From Candidatus Algichlamydia australiensis (GTDB lineage Bacteria > Chlamydiota > Chlamydiia > Chlamydiales > JAJFMI01): a stretch of 64,000 bases of DNA. Where the stretch lies: contig JAXCHI010000003.1 in the NCBI GenBank assembly GCA_033977065.1, forward strand, positions 288,001-352,000, read 5' to 3'. The notes beneath the pieces are model-generated. The model saw nothing but the letters and a program-made list of their open reading frames with translations. It made no database searches and was not told the origin of the DNA. Each line of letters starts with the position of its first letter. Position 1 is the first letter of the stretch. The position numbers and the translations under genes were made by a program. Positions 10,291 to 19,152 of this stretch are shown here, one piece after another.

Positions 10291-10999
10291 TTACCCCTTT
10301 ACGGTATCGAATATAGTCGAGCAAGTCGACATTTCGATCCGTAAAGTGATTTTTAAGGATCTCAAAAGTTTCTTTACTTAAAGAACCTTGTCCGTTTGCT
10401 GCGTGCTCAAACTCGTTCCAAATCGCAAGCTCATCGGAGCTATTTCCTAGCTCATGATAAAGTGCGGCTAGCCTTAAAAGTGTGAAACCTTGCAAAAGAG
10501 CAAAGTTGGAAGAGGCCTTTTCATCAAGCAACCCCTTTAATCTTATCGTTTCAGCTAGCGCCTTTTCATATTCTTGATTGCCGATCAAGAGAGTTGTGCG
10601 ACCAAAGTCGGCCCATTCAGGAGCTAGGTCATCAGAGCGAGCAATGGACTCTTTAGCAAAAGGCATCGCCCCTTCATAATCCCCTAAACTAATGAGCCTG
10701 TATGCAATGCGATCTTCAAAGCGCGCCTTCAATTCAGGGTGTTTGCCCATCAATGCCTGCAGCCTTTCTAATTTTTCCTTTTCGCCCGATTTTTCCCACT
10801 CATCGATCGTAATGCTAGCAGCTAAAAAATCTGCCTCTTTTCCCGTTTTTGCATGAGTGCTTTTTACCATAAAGTAGAGACCAATTCCGAGAAGAGGGAG
10901 TAAAAAGAGCAACTGCTTGCCCCTTTCCATTAACCAATAAATCCAGCCTCCACCCGAAAGGAGATCCATATGCATCTTTTCTTGATTTTCAGTAGCCAT
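10280..10999 (-). CDS. Single-pass membrane protein with TPR-like helical domain
   Basis: TM segment LLFLLPLLGIGLYFMV, then TPR-like helices (LGDYEGAMPFA, LAALYHELG). ATG 10999 is preferred to GTG 11068. Confidence 0.7.
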   Translation of the reverse strand: MATENQEKMHMDLLSGGGWIYWLMERGKQLLFLLPLLGIGLYFMVKSTHAKTGKEADFLAASITIDEWEKSGEKEKLERLQALMGKHPELKARFEDRIAYRLISLGDYEGAMPFAKESIARSDDLAPEWADFGRTTLLIGNQEYEKALAETIRLKGLLDEKASSNFALLQGFTLLRLAALYHELGNSSDELAIWNEFEHAANGQGSLSKETFEILKNHFTDRNVDLLDYIRYRKGVIKQ

Positions 11000-11036
11000 A
11001 TTGAAAACTATAGCAGATTTCTGTTTTAATATGACT

Positions 11037-11399
11037 ATGTTCTTTTTGCTTTTGGCCTTTTTTCCCACCTACGAAAATCTTACTCTTCTTAATCAGCTAC
11101 AAAGCCAAGCCGACAACGCCGCAGTAAAAGTTTTTTCAGAAAAAAAAGGGGAGAGTCAAACCCATATCTTTGGTGAGAATTTTGCCCCAAACGAGCGCCT
11201 TATCGTCCAATATGAAGTTGAGCGGAAGTCAAAGCGTCGCAATGCTTATACAGAATACTTAACGACAGATGAAAAAGGCCGTTTTTACAAAACACTTGGC
11301 CTTCTCTACCATCACAAACGTGGGGGAGAGAATCAAATCACGGTTAATCGCGTAAACGAAAACCTTACCCTGCAATATACTTGGGAAGGAAAAAAATGA
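11037..11399 (+). CDS. Hypothetical exported protein
   Basis: Short hydrophobic N-terminus MFFLLLAFF; ATGA coupling to the next gene. Confidence 0.6.
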   Translation: MFFLLLAFFPTYENLTLLNQLQSQADNAAVKVFSEKKGESQTHIFGENFAPNERLIVQYEVERKSKRRNAYTEYLTTDEKGRFYKTLGLLYHHKRGGENQITVNRVNENLTLQYTWEGKK

Positions 11400-12088
11400 T
11401 TCTTCTTCTCCTCAAGCTTACCTCACTTATTCCCTCAAATATTGAAATTCAAGCCATAACTTCACCACCTGAAAAACAGAAAAATCAAACCATCACCCAT
11501 TGCCAGCTCACCTTCACAAACCTTCAGCCAAACCACACCTACAAGCTCGCTTTTCTCCGAGAAGACAAAACAGAGTATCTCTCCTACAACCTTACAAAAA
11601 AAACTACGCCAGAAGAGCTTCAGCTCATTGATTTTGACAACTATCGTGGACTTTTCATCTCTTTAGAAGACCAAGCAACAAAAGAGAAATCGCTCTACCG
11701 TTACTTTCCTCACGAGCAAATGCTACAAATCGATGGCATTACCATCTCACTTGTGAGCCTTGATCCTCGTGGCCGCAATCTGCTCTGCAAGATGCGCGGT
11801 TTTGAGCCCTACGAGCCCTTCCTCTGCCAAGCAATTTGGAAAGAAGAGAACATAATTGAAGGCACCGCAAATGCTGACGGCACTTACACCTACCTCCTCT
11901 CTCATTCAAATTTTGATAAAGGAGTGACTGATCCTTTTACGCTCTACCGCAGCAGCACAAAGCAGACCTCAAAAACAACCTACACCTGGGGCAAAGCCCT
12001 CATGCGCGGCAAAAGAAATCGCATCATCTCTTCCATAAAAGAAGGTTTGAATAACAGCTGTGCCGATAGCACGAGCCGAAAATTCTAA
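11396..12088 (+). CDS. Hypothetical exported protein, paralogous C-terminal domain to the upstream ORF
   Basis: MILLLLKL start overlaps the upstream TGA; shares F.P.E....D..G...YTW.(G/K) pattern with the upstream ORF. Confidence 0.7.
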   Translation: MILLLLKLTSLIPSNIEIQAITSPPEKQKNQTITHCQLTFTNLQPNHTYKLAFLREDKTEYLSYNLTKKTTPEELQLIDFDNYRGLFISLEDQATKEKSLYRYFPHEQMLQIDGITISLVSLDPRGRNLLCKMRGFEPYEPFLCQAIWKEENIIEGTANADGTYTYLLSHSNFDKGVTDPFTLYRSSTKQTSKTTYTWGKALMRGKRNRIISSIKEGLNNSCADSTSRKF

Positions 12089-12207
12089 AAAAGGTTATTT
12101 GAAGATCCTAAATAATCTTTTCTTAGACTTTTCGTCCATGAGGTCGGGGCGTGAGTTGTTCAGACCCTCTTAAAGTAAACGCGTTTAATACAATAGAAAA
12201 CGTTGGA

Positions 12208-12476
12208 TCAAAAGAGATCAGAATGTGTACCGCTTCTTTCAAGTATGATTTTTGTAGAAGTTTTTTTGTATACGAGTAGCCAATCTGGTTCAATATGACA
12301 TTCGAAGTAAGCTTGATAATTCCCAGAGAGCTTGTGATTTCGATATTTCTCTGGTAATGACTTTCCAGAGACTAATATTTCAACCACAACTTTGAGCTTA
12401 GAAAAGTCTTTTCGGCGTTTTTTAACTTTTTGAGATCCTTCTCAAACGTACGCTGAGTTTGAAGAATGAGTTTCAT
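12208..12476 (-). pseudogene. yafQ: YafQ-family (RelE/ParE superfamily) mRNA interferase toxin, frameshifted
   Basis: MKLILQTQRTFEKDLKKLK, then a frameshift in an A6 run (12418-12423), then KRRKDFSKL...NHKLSGNYQAYFECHIEPDWLLVY...RSGTHSDLF*. Length 269 nt, one short of an intact frame. Confidence 0.88.
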
Positions 12477-12724
12477 TCATTCAATCCTAGCACATCCCAC
12501 ATCCGCTCAATATTTTCATAAGTTGTTAACCCAACGCCTCTCTCTGTATCCTCAATCGCTTTTCGAGTGGTTTTATTTGGTTTCTTTTCGGGATAAAGAA
12601 TCGGCTCTAATGCAGATAGAATAAACTCTTTTAATGTTATTCCATTTGCATCTGCTAAGATTTTCAGCTTTTTGTGATCCCTTTTTGGTATTTCAACCGA
12701 AAGCCTTGTTGTTTCTGTTGCTAT
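12473..12724 (-). CDS. DinJ/RelB-like antitoxin with non-canonical ATA start
   Basis: GAGGT RBS then ATA: (M)ATETTRLSVEIPKRDHKKLKILADANGITLKEFI...PNKTTRKAIEDTERGVGLTTYENIERMWDVLGLNE*. RHH-like N-terminus, DinJ-like C-terminus, ATGA overlap with the toxin. Confidence 0.8.
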   Translation of the reverse strand: MATETTRLSVEIPKRDHKKLKILADANGITLKEFILSALEPILYPEKKPNKTTRKAIEDTERGVGLTTYENIERMWDVLGLNE

Positions 12725-12748
12725 AACTTACCTCAATTGTCTTTATGT

Positions 12749-12777
12749 ATAATAACATATTTTGTGAATTTGTGCAA
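12749..12777 (-). promoter_or_regulatory. Promoter of the toxin-antitoxin pair
   Basis: TTGCAC-N17-TATTAT on the minus strand just upstream of the RBS. Confidence 0.6.
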
Positions 12778-12813
12778 ATGTACACGATTTATAAGTTGTT
12801 AACAATCAGTTTT

Positions 12814-14652
12814 TTAACTTTTTTGAAGGGTAAGAGCATTTAAGACGACAGAGATAGAGCTAAGTGCCATAGCGACACCGGCGATCATGGGATTGAGCAG
12901 GCCAAAGGCAGCTAGAGGAATGCCAAGTGTATTGTAGATGAAGGCAAAGAAGAGATTTTGCCGAATTTTGACAAATGCGCGGCGGGAGAGGTTGATTGCA
13001 TCTACTAAATTATTGAGATGGGAGCGCATCAGACCCACTTGCGCGCTCTCCATTGCGACATCGGTGCCGCTGCTAATGGCAAAGCCGACATCGCTAACTG
13101 CAAGTGCTGGTGCATCATTCACTCCATCACCGACCATGCCGGTTTTCTTGCCTTCAGCTTGCAATTTTTTGACGTAGTTAGCTTTATCATCCGGCAATAC
13201 ACCAGCAAAATAACCATCGACTTGCGTCTGCTCTGCCACTTCCTTTACAGCGCTCTCGCGATCACCGCTTAGGATGTAGAGAGTGAGTCCCATTTCGTGT
13301 AGTTTGGCAATTGCTTCTTTGGCTCCTGGCTTGATGATGTCTTTGAGTGCAAAGCAAGTTAACGCTTTTTCTTGGGAGCCGAGAAGAACCAGGGTAGCTG
13401 TTGAAGTGTCGATCATTTGCTGAAAAGGTGATAAGTCAATATTTTGCTCTGTTAAAAAGTTGGGTGAGCCCATAAAGAACTCTTTGCCATCTACTTTTGC
13501 TGTGACACCTTTTCCTGAGATAGAACGGAAATCTGTAACGGACGCTTCTTTTGTATTTGCCAGATATTTGACGATCGCCTGCGAAATGATGTGCTCGGAG
13601 GACAAGGCTAAAGCCTTGGCAATTTCATAGCTCTCACCCTGCGCTTCAATAACTTGCAACTTTCCTTCAGTCACGGTACCGGTTTTATCAATGAGCAGAG
13701 CTTCGAGTTTTTTACTCTCTTCAAGAGCTTGCACATCTTTGATCAAAATCCCTTCACGCGCACCGCGCCCTGTTGCTACCATGATGACTGTAGGTGTGGC
13801 AAGACCAAGCGCGCAAGGACACGCAATAACTAAAACGGCAACAGCGCTAATAAGCCCCTCTTGCCAGTCACCTGTTATCAAACTCCAAAGAGTGAGTGTG
13901 ACAATACTAATCCCTAAAACGACGGGAACAAAGACGGCTGAAATGCGATCAGCTAGACGCTGAATCGGTGCTTTAGATTGTTGCGCTTCTTCAACAATAC
14001 GAATGATATGACCAAGTGCAGTATCGCTCCCCACTTTGGTCGCTTCAATTGTAAGTGCGCCCTCTCCATTCACACTTCCAGCAAAAACATCGAGGCCCAC
14101 CTCTTTAGCTACAGGAATGGATTCACCCGTTAGCATCGACTCATCGATGGTAGAAATTCCTTCAACTACTTTTCCATCAACCGGTACGCGCTCACCTGGT
14201 CGCACAACAACAAGATCGCTTTTTTTGACCTGTTCAATCGGCATCTCTTCAATGCCACCATTTTTTTTAATGCGCGCACTCTTTGCCTCCATTTTTAAAA
14301 GCGCTGTCATGCCGCTTTTTGCGCGCTCTTTGGAACGATCTTCAAAGTAGCGCCCGAGGAGAACAAGTGAGATCAAAATCGCGCTTGTCTCAAAGTAGTA
14401 ATGAGGAGAAAAGTGAAGAAAAAGGACAGCAACAGAAAAACCCCACGCTGCGCTTGTTCCCAGAGCGATAAGCGTATCCATATTGGGCCGCACGCGAAAG
14501 CCTTGTTTATAAAATGTAGCACCGCAAATGAATTGCACAGGCGTGGCAAGAAGAAACTGTACCCATCCCGGCAGAGGAAAAAGCAGGGGGATGCTTAACA
14601 AAATAGAAAAAACCGCAAGTTTGGGCGAACTTTTATGACAAGCATGCTCCAT
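12814..14652 (-). CDS. copA: Copper-translocating P1B-type ATPase lacking N-terminal HMA domains
   Basis: TGES, CPCALG, DKTGT, GDGVNDAP, and YN plus MALSS Cu+ ligands in the last TM helices. Confidence 0.93.
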   Translation of the reverse strand: MEHACHKSSPKLAVFSILLSIPLLFPLPGWVQFLLATPVQFICGATFYKQGFRVRPNMDTLIALGTSAAWGFSVAVLFLHFSPHYYFETSAILISLVLLGRYFEDRSKERAKSGMTALLKMEAKSARIKKNGGIEEMPIEQVKKSDLVVVRPGERVPVDGKVVEGISTIDESMLTGESIPVAKEVGLDVFAGSVNGEGALTIEATKVGSDTALGHIIRIVEEAQQSKAPIQRLADRISAVFVPVVLGISIVTLTLWSLITGDWQEGLISAVAVLVIACPCALGLATPTVIMVATGRGAREGILIKDVQALEESKKLEALLIDKTGTVTEGKLQVIEAQGESYEIAKALALSSEHIISQAIVKYLANTKEASVTDFRSISGKGVTAKVDGKEFFMGSPNFLTEQNIDLSPFQQMIDTSTATLVLLGSQEKALTCFALKDIIKPGAKEAIAKLHEMGLTLYILSGDRESAVKEVAEQTQVDGYFAGVLPDDKANYVKKLQAEGKKTGMVGDGVNDAPALAVSDVGFAISSGTDVAMESAQVGLMRSHLNNLVDAINLSRRAFVKIRQNLFFAFIYNTLGIPLAAFGLLNPMIAGVAMALSSISVVLNALTLQKS

Positions 14653-14703
14653 ATCTTACTTATAGCAGTTGCTGCAAAATCCGTCGAATAACAAGAACTT
14701 TTT

Positions 14704-14840
14704 TAACCTAGAAATCTACCTAGAAATTTCAAAATTCAAAAGCTTCTAGGTTGAAATTCCTTTATCCCACTTACTAATAGACACTTATAAATTAAAAAAA
14801 CTTTACCTGGAAATTTTTGAACATGAAAATTTCTAGGTTA
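14704..14840. repeat. Nested inverted-repeat element between mutY and copA
   Basis: TAACCTAGAAAT (14704-14715) / ATTTCTAGGTTA (14829-14840) perfect 12-bp IR; two internal 35-bp dyads ACCT(A/G)GAAAT...TTCTAGGTT at 14718 and 14805. Confidence 0.7.
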
Positions 14841-14841
14841 T

Positions 14842-15842
14842 TTAATAGGTGGAATGATATAGCTGTTGCAAAATCCGTCGATGGCCTGAAGAAAATGGCA
14901 GTTTCACCATCTCCTCCAAAGTTTTCCATAAGTAGGGCGTGACCATCTTTTTTTGTGCATGCCAGTGAGTAGGAAAGAGGTGCGCCTTAAACCGCGTAAA
15001 GGTGTGCGTCTCTTTGGGATACTCTTGATGAAATTTGAGTTTGATTCCTAAAAATGTTTCTAAGCACTCCTCTTTTTCTACAAAGGGAAACTCCCAAAGC
15101 CCCTCCATTACCTGCCCTTTGGCAACTTGACCCACTAAAAATTCTCCGGAAGCTTCGATAAGGCCAACAGCGCGATAGAGATGGGTCGTTTTGATCTTCT
15201 TGCGCTTGTTGGGTAGCTGCAAATTTTTCTTTTTTGCTACGCACTCTTTGCGCAGCGGACAGATGGGGCATTTGGGGGTTTTTCCACAGACAAGGGCGCC
15301 TAATTCAATCAGCGCTTCACTAATTTCCCATGGCTTTTCTTCCGGCAGAAGGTTTTGCGCACGTATGCGGATCTCTTTTTGCGTCGCGGGCAAGTCGATC
15401 GGTGCTTCTATTCCCCAAAAGCGTGAGAGGACGCGCATCACATTGCCGTCAACTGCTGCCGCTTTCTGATGAAAAGCAAAGCTTAAAATTGCCCCAAGCG
15501 TGTAGGGACCAATTCCTTCAATTGTGGCAAGCGCCTCTGGGTCTGCAGGAAGCCTTCCGCCAAATTCGGCCACGATGCGCCTTGCCCCTTTTGTAAATTG
15601 CGCGCGCGCGAGTAGTACCCTAGCCCTTCCCAACACTTTAACACTTTTTCTTCGGGAGCTTTGGCCAAATCGCGCACAGTGGGGAAGAGCTCCATCCATC
15701 GCAAGAAGTAGGGAATGACAACATTTGCGCGGGTCTGCTGCAGCATCACCTCAGAAACCCAAACACGGTAAGGTGTCACCTCTTCCCTCCAGGGAAAATC
15801 GCGTTTTTCAAAATTAAACCAAGATCTAAGCTCGCCTAACAT
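14842..15842 (-). pseudogene. mutY: A/G-specific adenine glycosylase MutY, split by a 1-nt frameshift (real or sequencing error)
   Basis: [14 protein letters not shown]...[13 protein letters not shown] in one frame; GIGPYT...VDGNVMRV and the C-x6-C-x2-C-x5-C Fe-S motif in another. Shift at AAAAGGGG (15585-15592); total 1001 nt. Confidence 0.92.
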
Positions 15843-15867
15843 TGCAGCTTATTGTACCATCCGAATT

Positions 15868-16917
15868 ATGAATATGAAAAGAACTTGTGCCCTTATTTTT
15901 GGGGATAATATTGCCTACCTTGATCACGTCGCTCCGCTCGCGGCACTTTTAGAAATTCCTCTTGTTGTGACAGAAAGCGAAATCTTTGAACTGGCAAATC
16001 GCTACTACCCCGACCTTGTTGTCCACCATATCGATTGGATTGAGGTGACCAAACGCCTCGTTCCAGAATACGATATTTTAATTACCAACATGCCAGCTTT
16101 TTTCCTCCGCAAACTCTTTCGCATGTCAGAGATGATGGCAGGCAAAAAAATTCTTTCGATCTGGGTGCCACACGGCAACTCCGATAAACACTTTCCCTTT
16201 GAAGGATTGCCTCACGAAACAATCGCCTTAATCTATGGCAACCAGATGGAGCAAATTTTTAAATCGCGCGGCGTCTATAAACAGATTCCTCATGTGCTCA
16301 CCGTTGGCAACTATCGCCTCACCTATTATGAGCGCCTGAAAAACTTTTATGATAAAAAGATCTCTTCCGAAGTTCTGTCTCACCTCAACAGGGAAAAGAA
16401 AACAGTTCTCTATGCACCGACGTGGAATGATGGCGGCGACACCTCTACGCTCTTTGTCACTGCACCTACTCTTATTGAAAAGTTGACTCCCAAATACAAC
16501 CTCATCATCAAACTCCATCCCAGCACCTCGATTTTGGATATGAGCGGCCTGCAAGCACTCATGCGCGAGTATGGAGATAGCACTCTTTTCTTGGAGCACT
16601 ACCCGCCTGTCTATCCTCTACTCGATTTAGCAGACGCCTACATCGGCGACATCTCCTCAATTGGCTACGACTTTTTGCACTTTGATAAACCGATGTTTTT
16701 CTTGCAGCCCGACGAGGATCTTCCCTTGCACCAAGCCGGCCTTGGCATAGAAAAGCTTGATGAGATTTCTCAGCTTATCGAAAACACGCAAAGCGAATTT
16801 TCAGAAAAACGAAAAGCTCTTTACTCGCATGCATTTGCCAAACCGTTTGAGCGCGAAAAACTCAAAGAGATCATTTTTTCAACATGTGAAAAGGCACTCG
16901 AAGCTCGGGTATTATGA
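15868..16917 (+). CDS. CDP-glycerol glycerophosphotransferase family (TagB/TagF-like) protein, copy 1
   Basis: PHGNSDK, LYAPTW, KLHP, IGDISSIGYDFL..DKP motifs. Confidence 0.85.
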   Translation: MNMKRTCALIFGDNIAYLDHVAPLAALLEIPLVVTESEIFELANRYYPDLVVHHIDWIEVTKRLVPEYDILITNMPAFFLRKLFRMSEMMAGKKILSIWVPHGNSDKHFPFEGLPHETIALIYGNQMEQIFKSRGVYKQIPHVLTVGNYRLTYYERLKNFYDKKISSEVLSHLNREKKTVLYAPTWNDGGDTSTLFVTAPTLIEKLTPKYNLIIKLHPSTSILDMSGLQALMREYGDSTLFLEHYPPVYPLLDLADAYIGDISSIGYDFLHFDKPMFFLQPDEDLPLHQAGLGIEKLDEISQLIENTQSEFSEKRKALYSHAFAKPFEREKLKEIIFSTCEKALEARVL

Positions 16918-17077
16918 GATCATCCCACTATTCATGTTCCCAATTTTTCCATGCTTTTGGCTCGTTTATTCCTCAATTTTTTCGACCAACTTTTCAAAGT
17001 TTGCCTCACAAATTGAGAAAAAACGAACAGAAAATCAAGAAAAAATTTATAAACAGCAACAGTAGGATCATCTCATT

Positions 17078-17956
17078 ATGAGATCCGCAGCCCTTTGCAA
17101 TGGCCACCTCTACCACTACCTTGATCATCTCGCTCCCCTTTGCGACCTCTTGCAAATCCCCTTGCTAACCAATGATGTAAAAATTGAAAAGCTTGCGCGC
17201 CACTACTACCCCATGGTGGAAACGCGCTACGTTCCGCCAGTCGAAATGACACCGCACTTTTTAGGCCACTACTTTGATTGCCTCTTTGTGACAGAAAAAC
17301 ATGCGCGAAAAAAATTGCAGCCGCTCATTAAAGCGGCCTGCGGTAAGCAAGTAACTTTTTGTTATCTTCCCCACGGCAACTCCGATAAAGGTCTTTTGAA
17401 TCCTGCACTCAATCCCTTTCCTGAGCAGGAGATGGCGCTCATCTATGGTGCACAGATGGAAGAGCGCTTTTGTAAAAACATCCCAGCAAAACGCATCGGA
17501 AACTTTCGCTATGAGTTTTATCTGCGCTACCAAAAATTTTACGATGATCTTGTAGAGCAAGAGCTGCAACTTCCACCCAAAAAAATCCTTCTCTATGCGC
17601 CTACCTGGGAAGATGGCGAACATGGCACCACCATCTTTACTAAAAAAAATTTTCCGAAAGATGCACACATAGTGATCAAAGCGCACCCACTGCTCTTTGA
17701 AACACACCTAGCCGAAATGGTGCGAAAAGATTCTCTTGCGGACTTTCCTCTGATCTATCCTCTCCTAGCACGCACAGACGCCTACATCGGCGACTATTCC
17801 TCCATCGGTTATGATTTTTTAACTTTTGATCGCCCTCTCTACTTTTGTGGAGAAGCAGAGACCGAGCTCACCAAGTGTGGAAGCCGCTGGCCTGAAGAAA
17901 ATCTCCCTGAATGTGCAGAAAAACGAAAAAAATTGTACACCCACGTTTTTAATTAA
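17078..17956 (+). CDS. CDP-glycerol glycerophosphotransferase family protein, copy 2
   Basis: PHGNSDK, LYAPTW, KAHP, IGDYSSIGYDFL..DRP. Confidence 0.85.
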   Translation: MRSAALCNGHLYHYLDHLAPLCDLLQIPLLTNDVKIEKLARHYYPMVETRYVPPVEMTPHFLGHYFDCLFVTEKHARKKLQPLIKAACGKQVTFCYLPHGNSDKGLLNPALNPFPEQEMALIYGAQMEERFCKNIPAKRIGNFRYEFYLRYQKFYDDLVEQELQLPPKKILLYAPTWEDGEHGTTIFTKKNFPKDAHIVIKAHPLLFETHLAEMVRKDSLADFPLIYPLLARTDAYIGDYSSIGYDFLTFDRPLYFCGEAETELTKCGSRWPEENLPECAEKRKKLYTHVFN

Positions 17957-17976
17957 AATATTTTTTATATATTCTG

Positions 17977-19053
17977 ATGAGCATGCGAATGGCTGCTGCA
18001 ATCTTTGGTTCCAAAAGGCTCTATCTTGATCACTTAGCTCCTCTTGCCGCCCTTTTACAAATTCCTTTGATTGTCACAGAGTCTGAAATCTACCAACTTA
18101 CAAAAAAGTACTATCCCGATATCGATGTTCTTCTCTATGAAGGGCTCGCCGCTACAACTGCCATCGTTGCCGACTATGAAATTCTCATCACTACACTCCC
18201 CTGCACACTTCTTAAACGCATGCTCTTTTTTGCCTGCCAAGCGCTCAAAAAAGAGCCAAAAATGATCTGGATTCCTCATGGCAACTCCGACAAAGGGCGA
18301 AAAAAACCTTTAATGGAAGGTCTTGGAAGCGAAGAGACAATCCTAGTTTACGGACAAAAGATGATGGACTTCATTGAAGAGAAAGGAGTACTAGAGCAAA
18401 TCCCCCATGTTCATCAGTTAGGAAATTATCGTTACACCTATTATCTGAAACATAAAGATTTTTACAGAGAGCTCACGCAAAAATACCGTAGCTACCAAAA
18501 GACAATTCTCTACGCTCCCACCTGGGAAGATTTTGAATCTTCCGGTACTCTTTTCAATCTCGGCAGAGAAGCGTTAAAAAAATTAGGATCCTCTCATCAG
18601 ATACTCATCAAGCTTCATCCCAATACCGTGCGGGAAAAGACAGCAGAACTTTTGCAACTCAAAACCGAATTTCCCACCGCCACTTTTATTGAAGAATTTC
18701 CTCCCATCTATCCTCTCTGTGATCTTGCCGATATCTATCTTGGGGATATGTCCTCTATCGGTTACGACTTTTTGACCTTTCAAAAACCTCTTTTCTTTCT
18801 CAATCCTCACAACGACGATCCAGAAAAACTAGGTCTTTCTCTTCATCAATGTGGCTATACGATCTCCCCCGATCAAATTGAGGAACTTCCTCACCTCATC
18901 GAAAAGAAACAAGAAGAACTTTCAGACCAAAAGCAAAAGCTCTATTCCCACACCTTTGCAAAAACCTTTGATCCAGAGAATTTGACAGCGGTCATATTGA
19001 ATACTTGGGACAAAAACTTAAGTCACTCACAATCAACACCTGAAGAAATTTAA
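17977..19053 (+). CDS. CDP-glycerol glycerophosphotransferase family protein, copy 3
   Basis: PHGNSDK, LYAPTW, KLHP, LGDMSSIGYDFL..QKP. Confidence 0.85.
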   Translation: MSMRMAAAIFGSKRLYLDHLAPLAALLQIPLIVTESEIYQLTKKYYPDIDVLLYEGLAATTAIVADYEILITTLPCTLLKRMLFFACQALKKEPKMIWIPHGNSDKGRKKPLMEGLGSEETILVYGQKMMDFIEEKGVLEQIPHVHQLGNYRYTYYLKHKDFYRELTQKYRSYQKTILYAPTWEDFESSGTLFNLGREALKKLGSSHQILIKLHPNTVREKTAELLQLKTEFPTATFIEEFPPIYPLCDLADIYLGDMSSIGYDFLTFQKPLFFLNPHNDDPEKLGLSLHQCGYTISPDQIEELPHLIEKKQEELSDQKQKLYSHTFAKTFDPENLTAVILNTWDKNLSHSQSTPEEI

Positions 19054-19146
19054 CCCTGTATTTTAGCCATTTTTGGCCGAAATAACCCCTAATAATAGCC
19101 AATTTTGGCTGAAATAACCCCTAAAAACAGCCATTTATGATAGAGT
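19051..19146 (+). repeat. Three imperfect 32-bp direct repeats upstream of the AAA ATPase gene
   Basis: taaccctgtattttagccatttttggccgaaa / taacccctaataatagccaattttggctgaaa / taacccctaaaaacagccatttatgatagagt at 19051, 19083 and 19115. Confidence 0.85.
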
Positions 19147-19152
19147 TAAAGC

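Noticed and set aside
12518..12803. 13-bp direct repeat ATAAGTTGTTAAC in and upstream of the antitoxin
   Set aside because: AT-rich, one copy lies within coding sequence, and the pair does not bracket the module.
19051..19146. Possible CRISPR array
   Set aside because: The units are contiguous with no unique spacers, and no cas genes are in the window.
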